Shown in pieces: positions 31,101 through 40,676 of a stretch of DNA of 64,000 nt. The notes under the pieces are model-generated. The model was given only the letters and a program-made list of their open reading frames with translations. It was not told where the DNA came from and did not search any database. Each line of letters opens with the position of its first letter. Position 1 is the stretch's first letter. The stretch is from Candidatus Bathyarchaeia archaeon (GTDB taxonomy: Bacteria; Patescibacteriota; Microgenomatia; PFEM01; JAFGMK01), in contig DATKWK010000017.1 of assembly GCA_035529595.1 (NCBI GenBank), positions 186,961 to 250,960 on the forward strand. The letters run 5' to 3'. Made by a program: the position numbers and the translations under genes.

Positions 31101-31890
31101 TGCGGCTCAGTCTATTGGCGAACCAGGGACCCAGTTGACTTTAAGAACTAAACACTTTGGTGGTATTGTTGTCTCTGATGTAACTCAGGGTTTACCTCGA
31201 GTCGAGGAACTTTTTGAAATGAGAACGCCAAAGATTCTTTCTCCTCTGTCCGAAATCGCGGGAAAGGTCGAAGTTATCGAAACCGATGAAGGAACCAAAG
31301 TGAGAATTAGGTCGGTTGATGTTAAGCCAGTCGAAGAAAAGCAGTATTTTATTCCGGCTTTAAGTACTTTGAGGGTTGAAGACGGTCAGTTGGTTGGAAT
31401 AGGAACGCAGCTCGCTTCTGGATCTTTGGACGTTAAGGAAATTCTGGAGGTGAAAGGCCTTCGGGAGGCTCAAATATACTTAATAAACGAGGTTCAGGCA
31501 GTTTACGAATCACAAGGAATTCCTATTCATGATAAACACTTCGAAATTATTATCAGGAAGATGAGCGATAAAGCCAGCATTGAATCGCCAGGGGATACTG
31601 ATTTACTCCCGGGTGAGTTAATCAGTAAAGTTAGGTTTGAAGAAGAAAATGAGCGTGTTTTAGCTCAAGGAGGCGAACCGGCAAGTGCTCGGATTGTTAT
31701 TCTGGGAATCACCAGGTCTTCTCTCTATACTGACTCTTGGCTATCAGCAGCTTCATTTGAGGAAACAACAAATGTTTTAACTGATGCTGCTTCTTATGGA
31801 AAAGAAGATAAACTTCTAGGACTTAAGGAAAACGTAATAATTGGTCGACTGATTCCAGTTAGTTCTGATCGGGCCCAGATTAAAGAATAA
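28189..31890 (+). CDS. rpoC: RNA polymerase beta' subunit
   Basis: Zn finger CYCGKYK...[33 protein letters not shown]. Confidence 0.99.
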   Translation: MRELKNLVDFSGLKIILASPSLIKSWSYGEVTKPETINYRTLKPEKSGLFSESIFGPTKDWECYCGKYKRIRYRGIICDKCGVEVTQSKVRRERMGHISLAYPVVHIWFFKGVPSKLSLLLNIPPKSLEAVIYFAQYLVTAVDEEKRKKTLNELKEKLKSRKIEVKKKLEKKIEDLKVGEKEGKKVIDEKIENKEQKFLAIKEVTLKFRQKVQNARDEAILDGEKIEEIFKTLIDEVRSLKQLSLLTEDKYLKLFEYQAGSFFKAGMGAEVVLEIISTLDLEKLIADLRKEVQSSKGARYIKATKRLRIIEGLRKAEVDPSWMILRILPVLPPDLRPMVQLSGGRFATSDLNDLYRRVINRNNRLKHLVEIGAPEIILRNEKRMLQEAVDSLIDASKGPKRKRFRRRRQPLRSLSDMLRGKQGRFRQNLLGKRVDYSGRSVIVVGPELNLDHCGLPKEMALEMFKPFVLRELIFAGIAPNVKSAKIILEKRPPEVFDVLEKVTRDHPVLLNRAPTLHKLGIQAFFPILIEGSAIRIHPCVCAGFNADFDGDQMAVHIPLGEKAKKEAVELMSPKSNLLKPADGSPITIPNKEMALGCYFITSINSEINEYPSIFSNEREAILAYQTKVIDLRQIIKARISGGIIKTSVGRILFNSMLPEELRFINGEMRQKDIRVLVTKAFRNCSREVVVKLIDNLKELGFWSATISGLSVGVWDCIVIKEKGKIISQANERVGQVENNFNRGLITDQERKRLVQDVWMETTEELADLTWERFDPENSVRLIINSGGTRASRDQVKQLSAMRGLVLDPLGQIVELPTKSNFREGLSVFEYVTSARGSRKGLTDTAIKTSDAGYLTRRLVDVSHDVIIREKDCKTKKGIEITRETRSSAFSLRLIGRVLAKDVLDKKGKVLLEKGQDLDEEKIIILEKNEIMKVKVRSPLVCEAKHGVCSTCYGWDLSTRKKVKIGTPIGVIAAQSIGEPGTQLTLRTKHFGGIVVSDVTQGLPRVEELFEMRTPKILSPLSEIAGKVEVIETDEGTKVRIRSVDVKPVEEKQYFIPALSTLRVEDGQLVGIGTQLASGSLDVKEILEVKGLREAQIYLINEVQAVYESQGIPIHDKHFEIIIRKMSDKASIESPGDTDLLPGELISKVRFEEENERVLAQGGEPASARIVILGITRSSLYTDSWLSAASFEETTNVLTDAASYGKEDKLLGLKENVIIGRLIPVSSDRAQIKE

Positions 31891-31979
31891 TAATTTAAAA
31901 TTTTATTCCAGTAGATTTTCAAACCTAAGTTTGATAAGATATTACAGTCAGGCAAGTTAATTTTCATTTAGAAACTAAT

Positions 31980-32462
31980 ATGCCAACTATTTCCCAACTC
32001 ATCCGAAAAGGCCGAAAGCCGCTGAGAAAAAAAGTGAAAGCAACTGCTCTTCGGCGTTCTTTTAACGCCAAGGATCGTCGGATGGTAAAAACAATTAGTC
32101 CTTTTAAAAGAGGGGTAGTTTTGCTGGTTAAAACAATGGGACCCAAGAAGCCTAATTCAGCGTTAAGGAAAGTTGCCAGAGTCAGATTGTCAAACAAGCA
32201 AGAAATTACCGCCTATATTCCTGGTGAGGGTCATGATCTGGCAGAACATAGTATTATTTTAGTAAGAGGGGGTAGGGTAAAAGATTTACCTGGAGTAAAA
32301 TATCATATAGTTAGGGGTAAATACGATACTAGTGGTGTCGAAGGAAGGAAAAAGGGACGGTCTCGATATGGCGCTAGGAGAGGTGGAGGAGGAGCAGCCA
32401 AGATTACTACCAATGAGACAGGAAATATCGAAACAACCGGAAAAACAGCACCAGTTGCTTAA
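31980..32462 (+). CDS. rpsL: 30S ribosomal protein S12
   Basis: [20 protein letters not shown]; low-complexity C-terminal tail. Confidence 0.98.
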   Translation: MPTISQLIRKGRKPLRKKVKATALRRSFNAKDRRMVKTISPFKRGVVLLVKTMGPKKPNSALRKVARVRLSNKQEITAYIPGEGHDLAEHSIILVRGGRVKDLPGVKYHIVRGKYDTSGVEGRKKGRSRYGARRGGGGAAKITTNETGNIETTGKTAPVA

Positions 32463-32491
32463 ATATACTTATTTTTCATTTTCAAATTAAT

Positions 32492-32971
32492 ATGGCAAGA
32501 AGCGGAAAAGTAGTTAAACGATTGATTAGTCCGGATCCTTTATATAATAACCGCTTGGTGACTAAATTAATCAATCAGGTGATGCGCCAAGGTAAAAAGA
32601 ACATAGCTCAAAAGATAGTTTACCGGGCCTTTGACCGAATTGAAGAGGAGACTGGGCAAAAACCGCTGGAAGTTTTCCGGCAAGCGGTCGAGAATATTAA
32701 ACCAGGTATGGAAGTAAAACCTCGTCGAATTGGTGGTGCAGCTTATCAGATTCCGCTTCCGGTAAGAGGTGATCGTAAAGAGTCACTGGCGATTCGCTGG
32801 CTTATCCAAGCCGCTAAGGCAAAACCGAACAAAGAATATCATCGTTTTGATCTTAAATTGGCAGCCGAGATTATTGCAGCCGCCAGAGGTGAAGGAGGTG
32901 CGGTTAAGAGGAGAGAAGATATTCAACGTTTAGCTGAATCAAATAAGGCCTTTGCTCACTTCAGGTGGTAG
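32492..32971 (+). CDS. rpsG: 30S ribosomal protein S7
   Basis: RRIGGAAYQIP, AESNKAFAHFRW. Confidence 0.98.
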   Translation: MARSGKVVKRLISPDPLYNNRLVTKLINQVMRQGKKNIAQKIVYRAFDRIEEETGQKPLEVFRQAVENIKPGMEVKPRRIGGAAYQIPLPVRGDRKESLAIRWLIQAAKAKPNKEYHRFDLKLAAEIIAAARGEGGAVKRREDIQRLAESNKAFAHFRW

Positions 32972-33076
32972 GCTTTTTTTAATTCCAGAGTCGGTCTTAC
33001 TATTAACCAATCTGCCTCTTGCCATCTTTTCAATTATTTGCTACTAATTACTTAGTAAGTATTGAAAAATTAAACT

Positions 33077-33763
33077 ATGAATGATCAGCCAGGTCAGAAA
33101 AGTCAGGTTCCTTGGAGTTCTCCGCCTGCTGATGCTGACGGAAAGCAAGCTAGTGTAAATTCTCAAACCCGGGAACCGGTACAGCCACAACCGAAGAGTC
33201 CTTTTCCTTCTCCGAGAGGATCATCTCCAGTTTTTGACTCCCAGGCCGCATCTACAGATGTCTCTCCTCAACCTCCGGTTTTTCCCCAAGTACCCCCACA
33301 GCCACCTCAACAACCAGTCCAAGTTGTTGCCTCGCCACCACCCCAGGTTCACTTTCAAGTACCTCCTCAGACGGTAGTAGCGTCTTCTCCGAAGGTCATT
33401 TCTCCCGTTCCTTCAGAATCTGCCGGTGAATTCCAGGACAGAGTAATTAAAACCGAACAAATGAGTGAAGTCAAAAGAGTTAAACGCACTTATAAATTGG
33501 AGAATGCGGTTGGTGTTTTATTTGGCAGCGTCGAAGCCTCTCTGGCAATGAGATTGATTTTTAAATTGTTGGGGGCAAGCGCCGGAAATGCCTTTGTCAA
33601 TATTTTGTATCAGTTTACCGGGATTTTTGCCAATCCTTTTTCCGGAATTTTTGGCGGTAATCCATCTTTTGGCCGTTTTGAGTTGGATTTGGCGGCGGTT
33701 ATTGCCATGATTGTCTATGCAATTGTCGGATACGGAGCGCTTCAACTGACGAAATTATTCTAA
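33077..33763 (+). CDS. YggT-family membrane protein with Pro/Gln-rich N-terminal extension
   Basis: C-terminal RLIFKLLGA...FVNILYQFT...PFSGIF hairpin TMs; about 120 aa P/Q/S-rich region. Confidence 0.7.
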   Translation: MNDQPGQKSQVPWSSPPADADGKQASVNSQTREPVQPQPKSPFPSPRGSSPVFDSQAASTDVSPQPPVFPQVPPQPPQQPVQVVASPPPQVHFQVPPQTVVASSPKVISPVPSESAGEFQDRVIKTEQMSEVKRVKRTYKLENAVGVLFGSVEASLAMRLIFKLLGASAGNAFVNILYQFTGIFANPFSGIFGGNPSFGRFELDLAAVIAMIVYAIVGYGALQLTKLF

Positions 33764-33787
33764 GGAGTCTCCCTAAAGTTAGACGCC

Positions 33788-34189
33788 TTATTTTATCGCA
33801 AGCTCGCAAATTAATTTCTCACCCTTTTCCTTGGTTAATTTTCCTCTTTTCCAGTGAAGGTTTAGTTTGTGTGGATTAGGTAAGATTTGGATATGGGCAT
33901 GAGGAACAAGTATTCCCCAGACGATGCCGGTAACCCATTCGCTATTGGTTACCCGTTGGTAGTGTCTGACAATTTTTTGTACAACAGAAAAGTATCTGCC
34001 GATATTTGGTGTTTCCTGATTACCGGCGGGTAAGTCCCAGACCCAACGGTAATGTTTTTTGGGAATTACTTGAGTGTGGCCTTCAGTAAAAGGAGCAATA
34101 TCCAGGAAAGCTAAAAAATCATTGTCTTCATAAATTTTACGGCAGAGTAGTTCACCTCTTGTAATCTTGCAGAAAACACAATCTTTCAT
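33788..34189 (-). CDS. HIT-family protein
   Basis: MKDCVFCKI, AFLDIAP, GHTQVIPKKH, VPHAHIQ (HxHxQ variant of the triad). Confidence 0.9.
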   Translation of the reverse strand: MKDCVFCKITRGELLCRKIYEDNDFLAFLDIAPFTEGHTQVIPKKHYRWVWDLPAGNQETPNIGRYFSVVQKIVRHYQRVTNSEWVTGIVWGILVPHAHIQILPNPHKLNLHWKRGKLTKEKGEKLICELAIK

Positions 34190-34308
34190 ATTCTGATTCT
34201 AGCATTTTATTAAAATAAGCATGTTCACACTCTTAAGTTTTAACATAATTTACCTATATAGCGCAAATGTATCTTAACTTATTCAGAGGTAAGAAAAATT
34301 GAGGCTAA

Positions 34309-34455
34309 AAATCTGTAGCTCTCCAGTCAAAAGATATAATAAACCAAGCTTTAGGCACAATCTTAACTGCTTTTGAGAATGTTTCCCAAATGGAAGTGAT
34401 TAAAGTGAGATGGGAGGAAATTAAGAGGTTGCAGGTTCAAACTGCTCTTGCTTGA
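34309..34455 (+). pseudogene. Headless C-terminal gene remnant at left edge of ars island
   Basis: 48 open codons without a start (...LGTILTAFENVSQMEVIKVRWEEIKRLQ...) ending inside the ars -35 box. Confidence 0.3.
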
Positions 34456-34509
34456 CATGTTTACTTCTCCGGAGTAAACTCGTCATTATATGATTGTCTG
34501 TTCATGTAA
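34452..34509 (+). promoter_or_regulatory. arsR promoter and putative ArsR/SmtB operator
   Basis: TTGACA-17-TAAACT; IR GTTTACT/AGTAAAC; ATATGA-N8-TCATGT palindrome over the start codon. Confidence 0.55.
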
Positions 34510-34810
34510 AAGGGGCTTACTAGAAAATAAAACAATAGAGTCTTTAGTAAAAATAGCTAAGACCTTATCCACTAAGACTAAGTTGAAAATTTTACTCATC
34601 CTTCTGAATAGAGAACATTGTGTTTGCGAAATTCAAAATTGTCTCGATAAAGAACAAAGTCTTGTCTCTCATCACCTCTCAGACTTGGTCGAAACTGGCT
34701 GGATAAAACAGCGTAAAGGAAAAGATGCCCGCCAAGTTTTTTATTCTCTTACCAAAGAAGGTTATAAAAAGTTACAAATATTTCTTAAAGCAGGAGGTAT
34801 TAAAAAATGA
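34490..34810 (+). CDS. arsR: ArsR/SmtB family transcriptional repressor
   Basis: EHCVCEI, QSLVSHHL winged HTH. Confidence 0.88.
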   Translation: MIVCSCKRGLLENKTIESLVKIAKTLSTKTKLKILLILLNREHCVCEIQNCLDKEQSLVSHHLSDLVETGWIKQRKGKDARQVFYSLTKEGYKKLQIFLKAGGIKK

Positions 34811-35061
34811 AAATTCAAGTTTTAGGCTCAGGTTGTCCAACCTGTAAAAAATTATATGAACTAACTAAACAGGCAGTTGAAGAGGCGGGATTAAAAGAGG
34901 AGGTTGAATATCTATCCGGGCAGGAGGGCATTCAAAAGATTATGGAAATGGGCGTTATGTCTAGTCCTGTGTTGGCTATTGACGGCAAAGCGGTTTTAAC
35001 CGGTTTTGTTAACGATGTTGAAAAAGTCAAAAAGTTGATTCAAAAACCGCAGGAGAAATAA
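34807..35061 (+). CDS. Small redox-active disulfide protein (thioredoxin-like)
   Basis: MKIQVLGSGCPTCKKL, GVMSSPVLAIDG. Confidence 0.88.
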   Translation: MKIQVLGSGCPTCKKLYELTKQAVEEAGLKEEVEYLSGQEGIQKIMEMGVMSSPVLAIDGKAVLTGFVNDVEKVKKLIQKPQEK

Positions 35062-35064
35062 GTT

Positions 35065-36222
35065 ATGAATTTTATTAAAGTCATTAAGAAAAACTGGGTC
35101 TTAGGTCTTTTGGGTGGCGCCTACTTAATAATCTATTTATGGCAAAAACAGATAGGCGGCTTTTTAGCCCAAGAGTCGGTCCAAAACCTTATTGGCGGCG
35201 CCGTCTATCAAGGCTGGTTGGGATTAGTTGACTATCTCTCGGCCCATGTTCTTTTTTGCCTTGTACCTGCTTTTTTTATAGCTGGTGCCATCAATAGCCT
35301 CATTGATTCACAATCAATCTTAAAATACTTAAGCGGTAAGACTAAAAAATGGCTGGCTTATCTAATTGCTGTTACGGCAGGTTTTTTGATTGAAGTTTGT
35401 TCTTGCACTATTCTTCCTTTATTTGCGGGCATCTGGAAAAAAGGAGCGGGTCTAGGTATCGCCATTACCCTTCTTTACGCTGGCCCTGCCTTTAACATCG
35501 TTACCATTCTTTTTACTGGTCAGAGAATCGGCTGGGAATTTAGTATTGTCAGATTTGTCCTTTCAGTCATGTTTGCTATTTTAGTCGGTTTAATAATGGA
35601 GCTTTTTTTTGGCAATGGTAAAGAAGACGGAAGCCTTCAAATGGTAACTCAAGATACAAATAAACTTAAAGGTGCTAAAAACATCTGGTTCTGGGGAGCA
35701 ATGCTGGCAATTTTAGTAGTTGGTACAGCTTCTATCAGTAGTAATTTAAGATATGCTCTGATTCTTCCCTTAGTGTTGTTGCAGTTGATAATGACTTTTT
35801 CCTGGCTGTCTAAAGAAAAAAGGACTGCTTGGTGGAATGAAACAATTAAATTTGTTAGTCAGATTGTACCTCTGCTTTTAGTAGGTGTCTTTTTTGCCGC
35901 TACCATTACTCATCTTATTCCCAAAGAACAGTTTCAGGCTTTAGCCAGTCAGAACAATCTGTTAACTAACTTTATTGCTGTCATGTTTGGGGCATTGGCT
36001 TATTTCCCTGCTTTGGTTGAAGTCCCAATTGCTGAAAACTTTATGAAACTGGGTATGAGCAAGGGCCCCTTAATGGCTTATATGCTGGCCGACCCTGTTC
36101 TTTCGTTGCAAGGTCTTTTGGTTATCAGAAAACTAATCGGCACTAAAAAAATGCTGGTTTATGCAGGTTCAATAGTGATTCTAACTACTATAGCTGGTTA
36201 TATTTATGGCTTTATTGGTTAA
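35065..36222 (+). CDS. arsP: ArsP/DUF318-family permease
   Basis: HVLFCLVPAFFIAGAI, VCSCTILPLF, GMSKGP; multi-TM; ars context. Confidence 0.82.
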   Translation: MNFIKVIKKNWVLGLLGGAYLIIYLWQKQIGGFLAQESVQNLIGGAVYQGWLGLVDYLSAHVLFCLVPAFFIAGAINSLIDSQSILKYLSGKTKKWLAYLIAVTAGFLIEVCSCTILPLFAGIWKKGAGLGIAITLLYAGPAFNIVTILFTGQRIGWEFSIVRFVLSVMFAILVGLIMELFFGNGKEDGSLQMVTQDTNKLKGAKNIWFWGAMLAILVVGTASISSNLRYALILPLVLLQLIMTFSWLSKEKRTAWWNETIKFVSQIVPLLLVGVFFAATITHLIPKEQFQALASQNNLLTNFIAVMFGALAYFPALVEVPIAENFMKLGMSKGPLMAYMLADPVLSLQGLLVIRKLIGTKKMLVYAGSIVILTTIAGYIYGFIG

Positions 36223-36238
36223 ACAAAATTAATCAACA

Positions 36239-36748
36239 ATGAATAAAAAAACAATTATTGCTATAACGATTCTAATTATTGCCATCGTCTTTTTGGGCAT
36301 AAAGGCTTTAGGTAATGGCCAAGAGGCTGAAAGTGCTTCTGTTCTAATCTCAACCAACACAGAAGCATCCGAGGTCCAAAAAGAAGGCAAGTCCTTAACT
36401 CAAGAAAAAACAATTGCCGATAAAATCGAAGTAGTTCATTTCCATGGCACCCATCAGTGCTGGTCCTGCATCACAGTTGGCGAATATGCCTTGCAAACGG
36501 TTAAAGATAAGTTTCCAGAAGAATATCAATCAGGAAAAATAGTTTTTAAGGATATTAATGGTGAACTGGCAGAGAATCAGGAAATAGTCATGAAGTATCA
36601 GTCGAGAGGTTCATCTTTATTTGTTAATGCTATCAGTAATGATAAAGACAGCATCGAAGAAGACACAACAGTTTGGCGACTGGTCAACGACCAAGAAAAG
36701 TTTACTGATTATTTTGAAAACAAACTTAAAACTTTATTGGGAAAATAA
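36239..36748 (+). CDS. Secreted/anchored thioredoxin-fold protein (ArsF-like family)
   Basis: N-terminal TM, VVHFHGTHQCWSC, GSSLFVN. Confidence 0.7.
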   Translation: MNKKTIIAITILIIAIVFLGIKALGNGQEAESASVLISTNTEASEVQKEGKSLTQEKTIADKIEVVHFHGTHQCWSCITVGEYALQTVKDKFPEEYQSGKIVFKDINGELAENQEIVMKYQSRGSSLFVNAISNDKDSIEEDTTVWRLVNDQEKFTDYFENKLKTLLGK

Positions 36749-36751
36749 ATC

Positions 36752-37468
36752 ATGGATTATATCGATCTACTTATTGACCAATACAATATACCGCTTTTAA
36801 CTGCTTTCTTAACTGGAATTCTTACCTCCATTAGTCCTTGCCCTTTAGCCACTAATGTCACTGCCATTGCCTATATCTCTAAGGATATTAAAACCCCTAA
36901 AAAAACCCTTCTTAATGGTCTTTACTACACTATTGGTCGTAGCTTTAGCTACACTGTCCTAGCCTCTCTTATTTATCTTGGCTTTTCCTCTTTTGAAGTC
37001 TCCCGTATTTTTCAAGGCTGGGGAGAAAAGGTTTTAGGGCCAATACTTATATTAATTGGGTTAATTATGTTTGATGTTATCAAGCTAACTATCAAAACCA
37101 AAAATGAAAAGATAGAACGCCTCAAAGAGAAGCTTGCCACCAAAGGTTATCTTGGCTCATTTCTTTTAGGTTGTCTTTTTGCCTTAGCTTTTTGCCCCTA
37201 TAGCGGAGTTCTGTTTTTCGGAGTCCTTGTCCCCTTGGTTTTAAGTTCAACTGAGGCTCTTTTATTGCCGCCTTTATTTGGCATAGGTACGGGTCTACCA
37301 GTAATTGTCTTTTCTTTTCTAATCGCCTTTAGTATGAAAAAGGTCGGTCAGGCCTTTCAGATAGTTCAAAAAATTGAAAAGGTTAGTAGAAAATTAGTTG
37401 CTTCGGTTTTTATCTTGACTGGAGTTTATTATTTGCAGTTCTTAATCAAGTTTTTGCTGAAAATATAA
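36752..37468 (+). CDS. CcdA/DsbD-like membrane protein (ArsG-like family)
   Basis: ISPCPLATN and AFCPYSGVLFFG; 6 TM. Confidence 0.78.
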   Translation: MDYIDLLIDQYNIPLLTAFLTGILTSISPCPLATNVTAIAYISKDIKTPKKTLLNGLYYTIGRSFSYTVLASLIYLGFSSFEVSRIFQGWGEKVLGPILILIGLIMFDVIKLTIKTKNEKIERLKEKLATKGYLGSFLLGCLFALAFCPYSGVLFFGVLVPLVLSSTEALLLPPLFGIGTGLPVIVFSFLIAFSMKKVGQAFQIVQKIEKVSRKLVASVFILTGVYYLQFLIKFLLKI

Positions 37469-37767
37469 ATCTACAACTAAAAACATCTTTATACAGATAC
37501 ACTTTACTCAAGTTTGAGTAATTGATGATGCACGGCCTTGTCTCACAAACCTCGAAATCAATACCCCTGAGGTTACGAATCAACCGAAGTGGGGTAATGT
37601 GTAGAAATTATTATAACCAACAAAATATCCCGTAAAATCAAGCTAGTCTAATACCAACACCCAAACCGAGCTCTCCCCGATTGATTTATTCAGGAACAGG
37701 GAAATAGAGGTAGATAACTTTCCTACTGCACAGTTAAAAAGTTTTATTACGGCTATATAATAAATGT

Positions 37768-38437
37768 ATGGCTGGACAGACGATTAAGGGAACAATACAA
37801 TTAGAAGGTGCTCGTCCCTCCGAAGGATTATTCCCTCTTGAGAAGGAGTATGCTCGCGCCATTAGCGCATTGAACCGAACAAGAATTTTAACCCTTCTTC
37901 CACGATCGGAAAATTTAGGGGTGATTGGAATCGACGGAAAAGAGTATTCTGTACCAACTCAAGAACAGCTGCAAGAAGTATTTACACGCAATAAGGAATT
38001 GGTTGATAGGAAAATGCGACAAGGATTTACTCAGCTTCAGTTAACGCCGATCGCAATGCCTACTTATGTCTCAACAAGGACAGGGTAAAGTCATAGGAGG
38101 AAGAAAGCAGCTAGAGCCATATTCTACCCCTCGTGATTATTTACGAACCTTAAGTACACCGACCTATCAGGGAGAAGCGGGATGGACACCAGAAGATTTT
38201 CTCACTCACTTTATAACTCAGCTTGAAACAACCAATCAAGTAAGTCATGACCGGCATGACAGCAATGCTTTGTGGTTGCTTGGTTCATATATGCCAAATT
38301 CTATGCCAACACCACATCTTGTGCCGGTTGGCTACTGGGATCGTGATGCTGGGCGGATGCTGCGCGTGTCTGCACATCGCACGGGCAATAGGCTTAGGGG
38401 TTGGGTGGCGCGTTCCACGGTGAGACTTGGCACTTAA
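37768..38437 (+). pseudogene. Split gene (37768-38088 + 38066-38437) with CLec-like/DGR-target-like C-terminus
   Basis: Two overlapping ORFs in different frames with one upstream -10 box; C-terminus VPVGYWDRD...ARSTVRL. Confidence 0.5.
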
Positions 38438-38543
38438 GTTTTATCCTTTCTTCATCTTTTGTCTTCGGGGTGGAGGGTCTGAACTGTTACTAGTAGCCGG
38501 TACTAGACAATAGACTTATATCCGTGCGTTATAATAATAACCG

Positions 38544-39614
38544 ATGGAAATAATCCGATTGAAAAAAAATAATTACAGAGAAGCAATTTTATCAGCTAAG
38601 AAGTTTCTCAAGCAGGGTAATCTGGTTGTTGTTCCCTCTGATACGGTTTATGGGCTGGCAGCTGACGCCCGCTCACCAATAGCAGTAAGAAAAGTCCTTG
38701 ATTTTAAAGGCAGGCGGTTCGGCAAAGGAATTTCCGTCTTTTTAAAGGCTCCAAATCAGATTAATCAATATACCCGGTATGATAAGAACCAGGAAAAAAT
38801 TATTAAAACCTTGCTTCCCGGCCCTTTTACGGTCGTTCTTAAGTCAAAACAACATTTAGCTTCTGAGTTAGAGCCCGGGGACCATACCCTTGGGGTTAGA
38901 ATAATTGACTATCCCTTTATTAACGACCTGCTTAATGCTTTTGATTTTCCGGTTACGGCAACTTCAGCTAATCTCGCCGGCCGGCGGCCTCATTATTCGA
39001 TTTCCTCGCTCGTCAAGACTCTTTCTGAAAGAAAGAAACAAATGTTGAGTTTGGTAATTGATGCCGGCCAATTGCCAAGACGGCCTCCTTCGACAGTCGT
39101 GCGTTTGGTTAAAGAAGAAATAAAAATCTTAAGGGGAGGATTATTTAATCCCCGGCTGATTCTAAAACAGCAGTCCAAATCGGAAGCTGAGACACGGCGG
39201 TTGGCTAAAGAAGTCTACTTTAGGACTTTCAAAAAATATCTTCAGGAAAAAGCGGTTGTTGTTATTCTCCAAGGAGACTTAGGTACCGGTAAAACCGTTT
39301 TTGCCAAAGGGATTGGTGAAATTTTCAAACTCCAATTTACCTCACCGACCTTTATTCTTCTTGATGAGTACCGTGTTGGCCAAGAGTCTTTAGACACAAT
39401 TTATCATATAGATCTTTTCAGGCTGGAAACGGAAGCGGAAATATTATCATTGAAATTGGGAAGCCTCTTGAAAGCCGGTAATCTGCTATTGATTGAATGG
39501 GGTGATAAGCTGGCCACCCTGCAGAAGCTTAAAAATGAAAACAGCCTTTTTTTCTGGCTGCAAATTAAGGAAAAAAGCAGTAAAGTCAGGGAATTTGAGT
39601 TATACAAGCTATAA
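38544..39614 (+). CDS. tsaC-tsaE: Fused TsaC (YrdC, threonylcarbamoyl-AMP synthase) - TsaE ATPase
   Basis: PSDTVYGL, LLPGPFT, TSANLAG, then GDLGTGKT, SPTF, HIDLFRL, IEWG in one frame. Confidence 0.9.
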   Translation: MEIIRLKKNNYREAILSAKKFLKQGNLVVVPSDTVYGLAADARSPIAVRKVLDFKGRRFGKGISVFLKAPNQINQYTRYDKNQEKIIKTLLPGPFTVVLKSKQHLASELEPGDHTLGVRIIDYPFINDLLNAFDFPVTATSANLAGRRPHYSISSLVKTLSERKKQMLSLVIDAGQLPRRPPSTVVRLVKEEIKILRGGLFNPRLILKQQSKSEAETRRLAKEVYFRTFKKYLQEKAVVVILQGDLGTGKTVFAKGIGEIFKLQFTSPTFILLDEYRVGQESLDTIYHIDLFRLETEAEILSLKLGSLLKAGNLLLIEWGDKLATLQKLKNENSLFFWLQIKEKSSKVREFELYKL

Positions 39615-39629
39615 AAAGTCATCCTTAAA

Positions 39630-40676
39630 ATGAAAATATTGGCGATCGAAACTTCGTGTGACGAAACAGCTGCCGCCGTGGTTGATAACCGTCGGGTTCT
39701 GTCAAACGTTATCTTTTCCCAAATTAATATCCATCAAAAATACGGAGGGGTTTATCCGCTGCTGGCTAAAAGAGCTCATGAAGATAAGATTGACCTGGTG
39801 ATTGAAAAGGCTCTCAAGATAGGCCAAATAAGAATAAGAGAAATTGACGCTGTTGCCGTCACCTTTGGGCCCGGTTTGGTAATTGCCTTGGAAGTGGGAC
39901 TTAATAAAGCTTGTGAGTTAGCCAGCAAGTATCATAAAATACTGATTCCGGTGGATCACCTCGAGGGCCATATTTATTCATGCTTTGCTCAAAACAGAGA
40001 GGGCAGGCCCTTACGGGATTTTAGCTTCCCCTTTTTGGCTTTAATCGTTTCCGGCGGCCATACGAGTTTGATTCGCGTAACTAATCATGCGGAATACGAA
40101 ATTATCGGCCGGACTCTCGACGATGCCGCCGGTGAGGCTCTTGATAAAGCGGCCAAAATATTGGGAATGTCTTACCCTGGCGGGCCAATAATTGAGGAAT
40201 TAGCCAAGGAGGGTAACCCTGGTTTTTTAGATTTACCGATTCCCATGCAAAAACATCCCGGTTTGGATTTTTCTTATTCAGGGCTAAAAACTGCTTTTAA
40301 AAACAAACTAAAAAAATTGTCCCAACGCCAGATTGTCAGCAATCTGCCCGATCTGGCCGCTTCGTTCCAAGAGGCAGTCTTTATCTCCATTATTAACCGG
40401 TTAAAGAAAGCTATTATTCAAACAAAGCTCGATTTATTAGTTGTCGGCGGTGGAGTTTTGGCTAATAAAAAACTGAGGAAAATGATTAAGAGAGTAGCTA
40501 AAGAAAACAAGATCGTTGCTTATTTTCCAACTAACGAAAGATTCATTGGGGATAATGCCGCCATGATCGGAGTTGCCGCTTTTTTCAAATATCAACGGGG
40601 TATTTATCTTAAAGATAATTTCAATCGTCTGGATCGGGTAGCGAGAACCGATTTGAAACTTTGGGTAAAGAATTGA
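39630..40676 (+). CDS. tsaD: tRNA N6-adenosine threonylcarbamoyltransferase
   Basis: ILAIETSCDETAAA, HLEGH, VSGGHT, DDAAGEALDK, DNAAMI. Confidence 0.96.
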   Translation: MKILAIETSCDETAAAVVDNRRVLSNVIFSQINIHQKYGGVYPLLAKRAHEDKIDLVIEKALKIGQIRIREIDAVAVTFGPGLVIALEVGLNKACELASKYHKILIPVDHLEGHIYSCFAQNREGRPLRDFSFPFLALIVSGGHTSLIRVTNHAEYEIIGRTLDDAAGEALDKAAKILGMSYPGGPIIEELAKEGNPGFLDLPIPMQKHPGLDFSYSGLKTAFKNKLKKLSQRQIVSNLPDLAASFQEAVFISIINRLKKAIIQTKLDLLVVGGGVLANKKLRKMIKRVAKENKIVAYFPTNERFIGDNAAMIGVAAFFKYQRGIYLKDNFNRLDRVARTDLKLWVKN

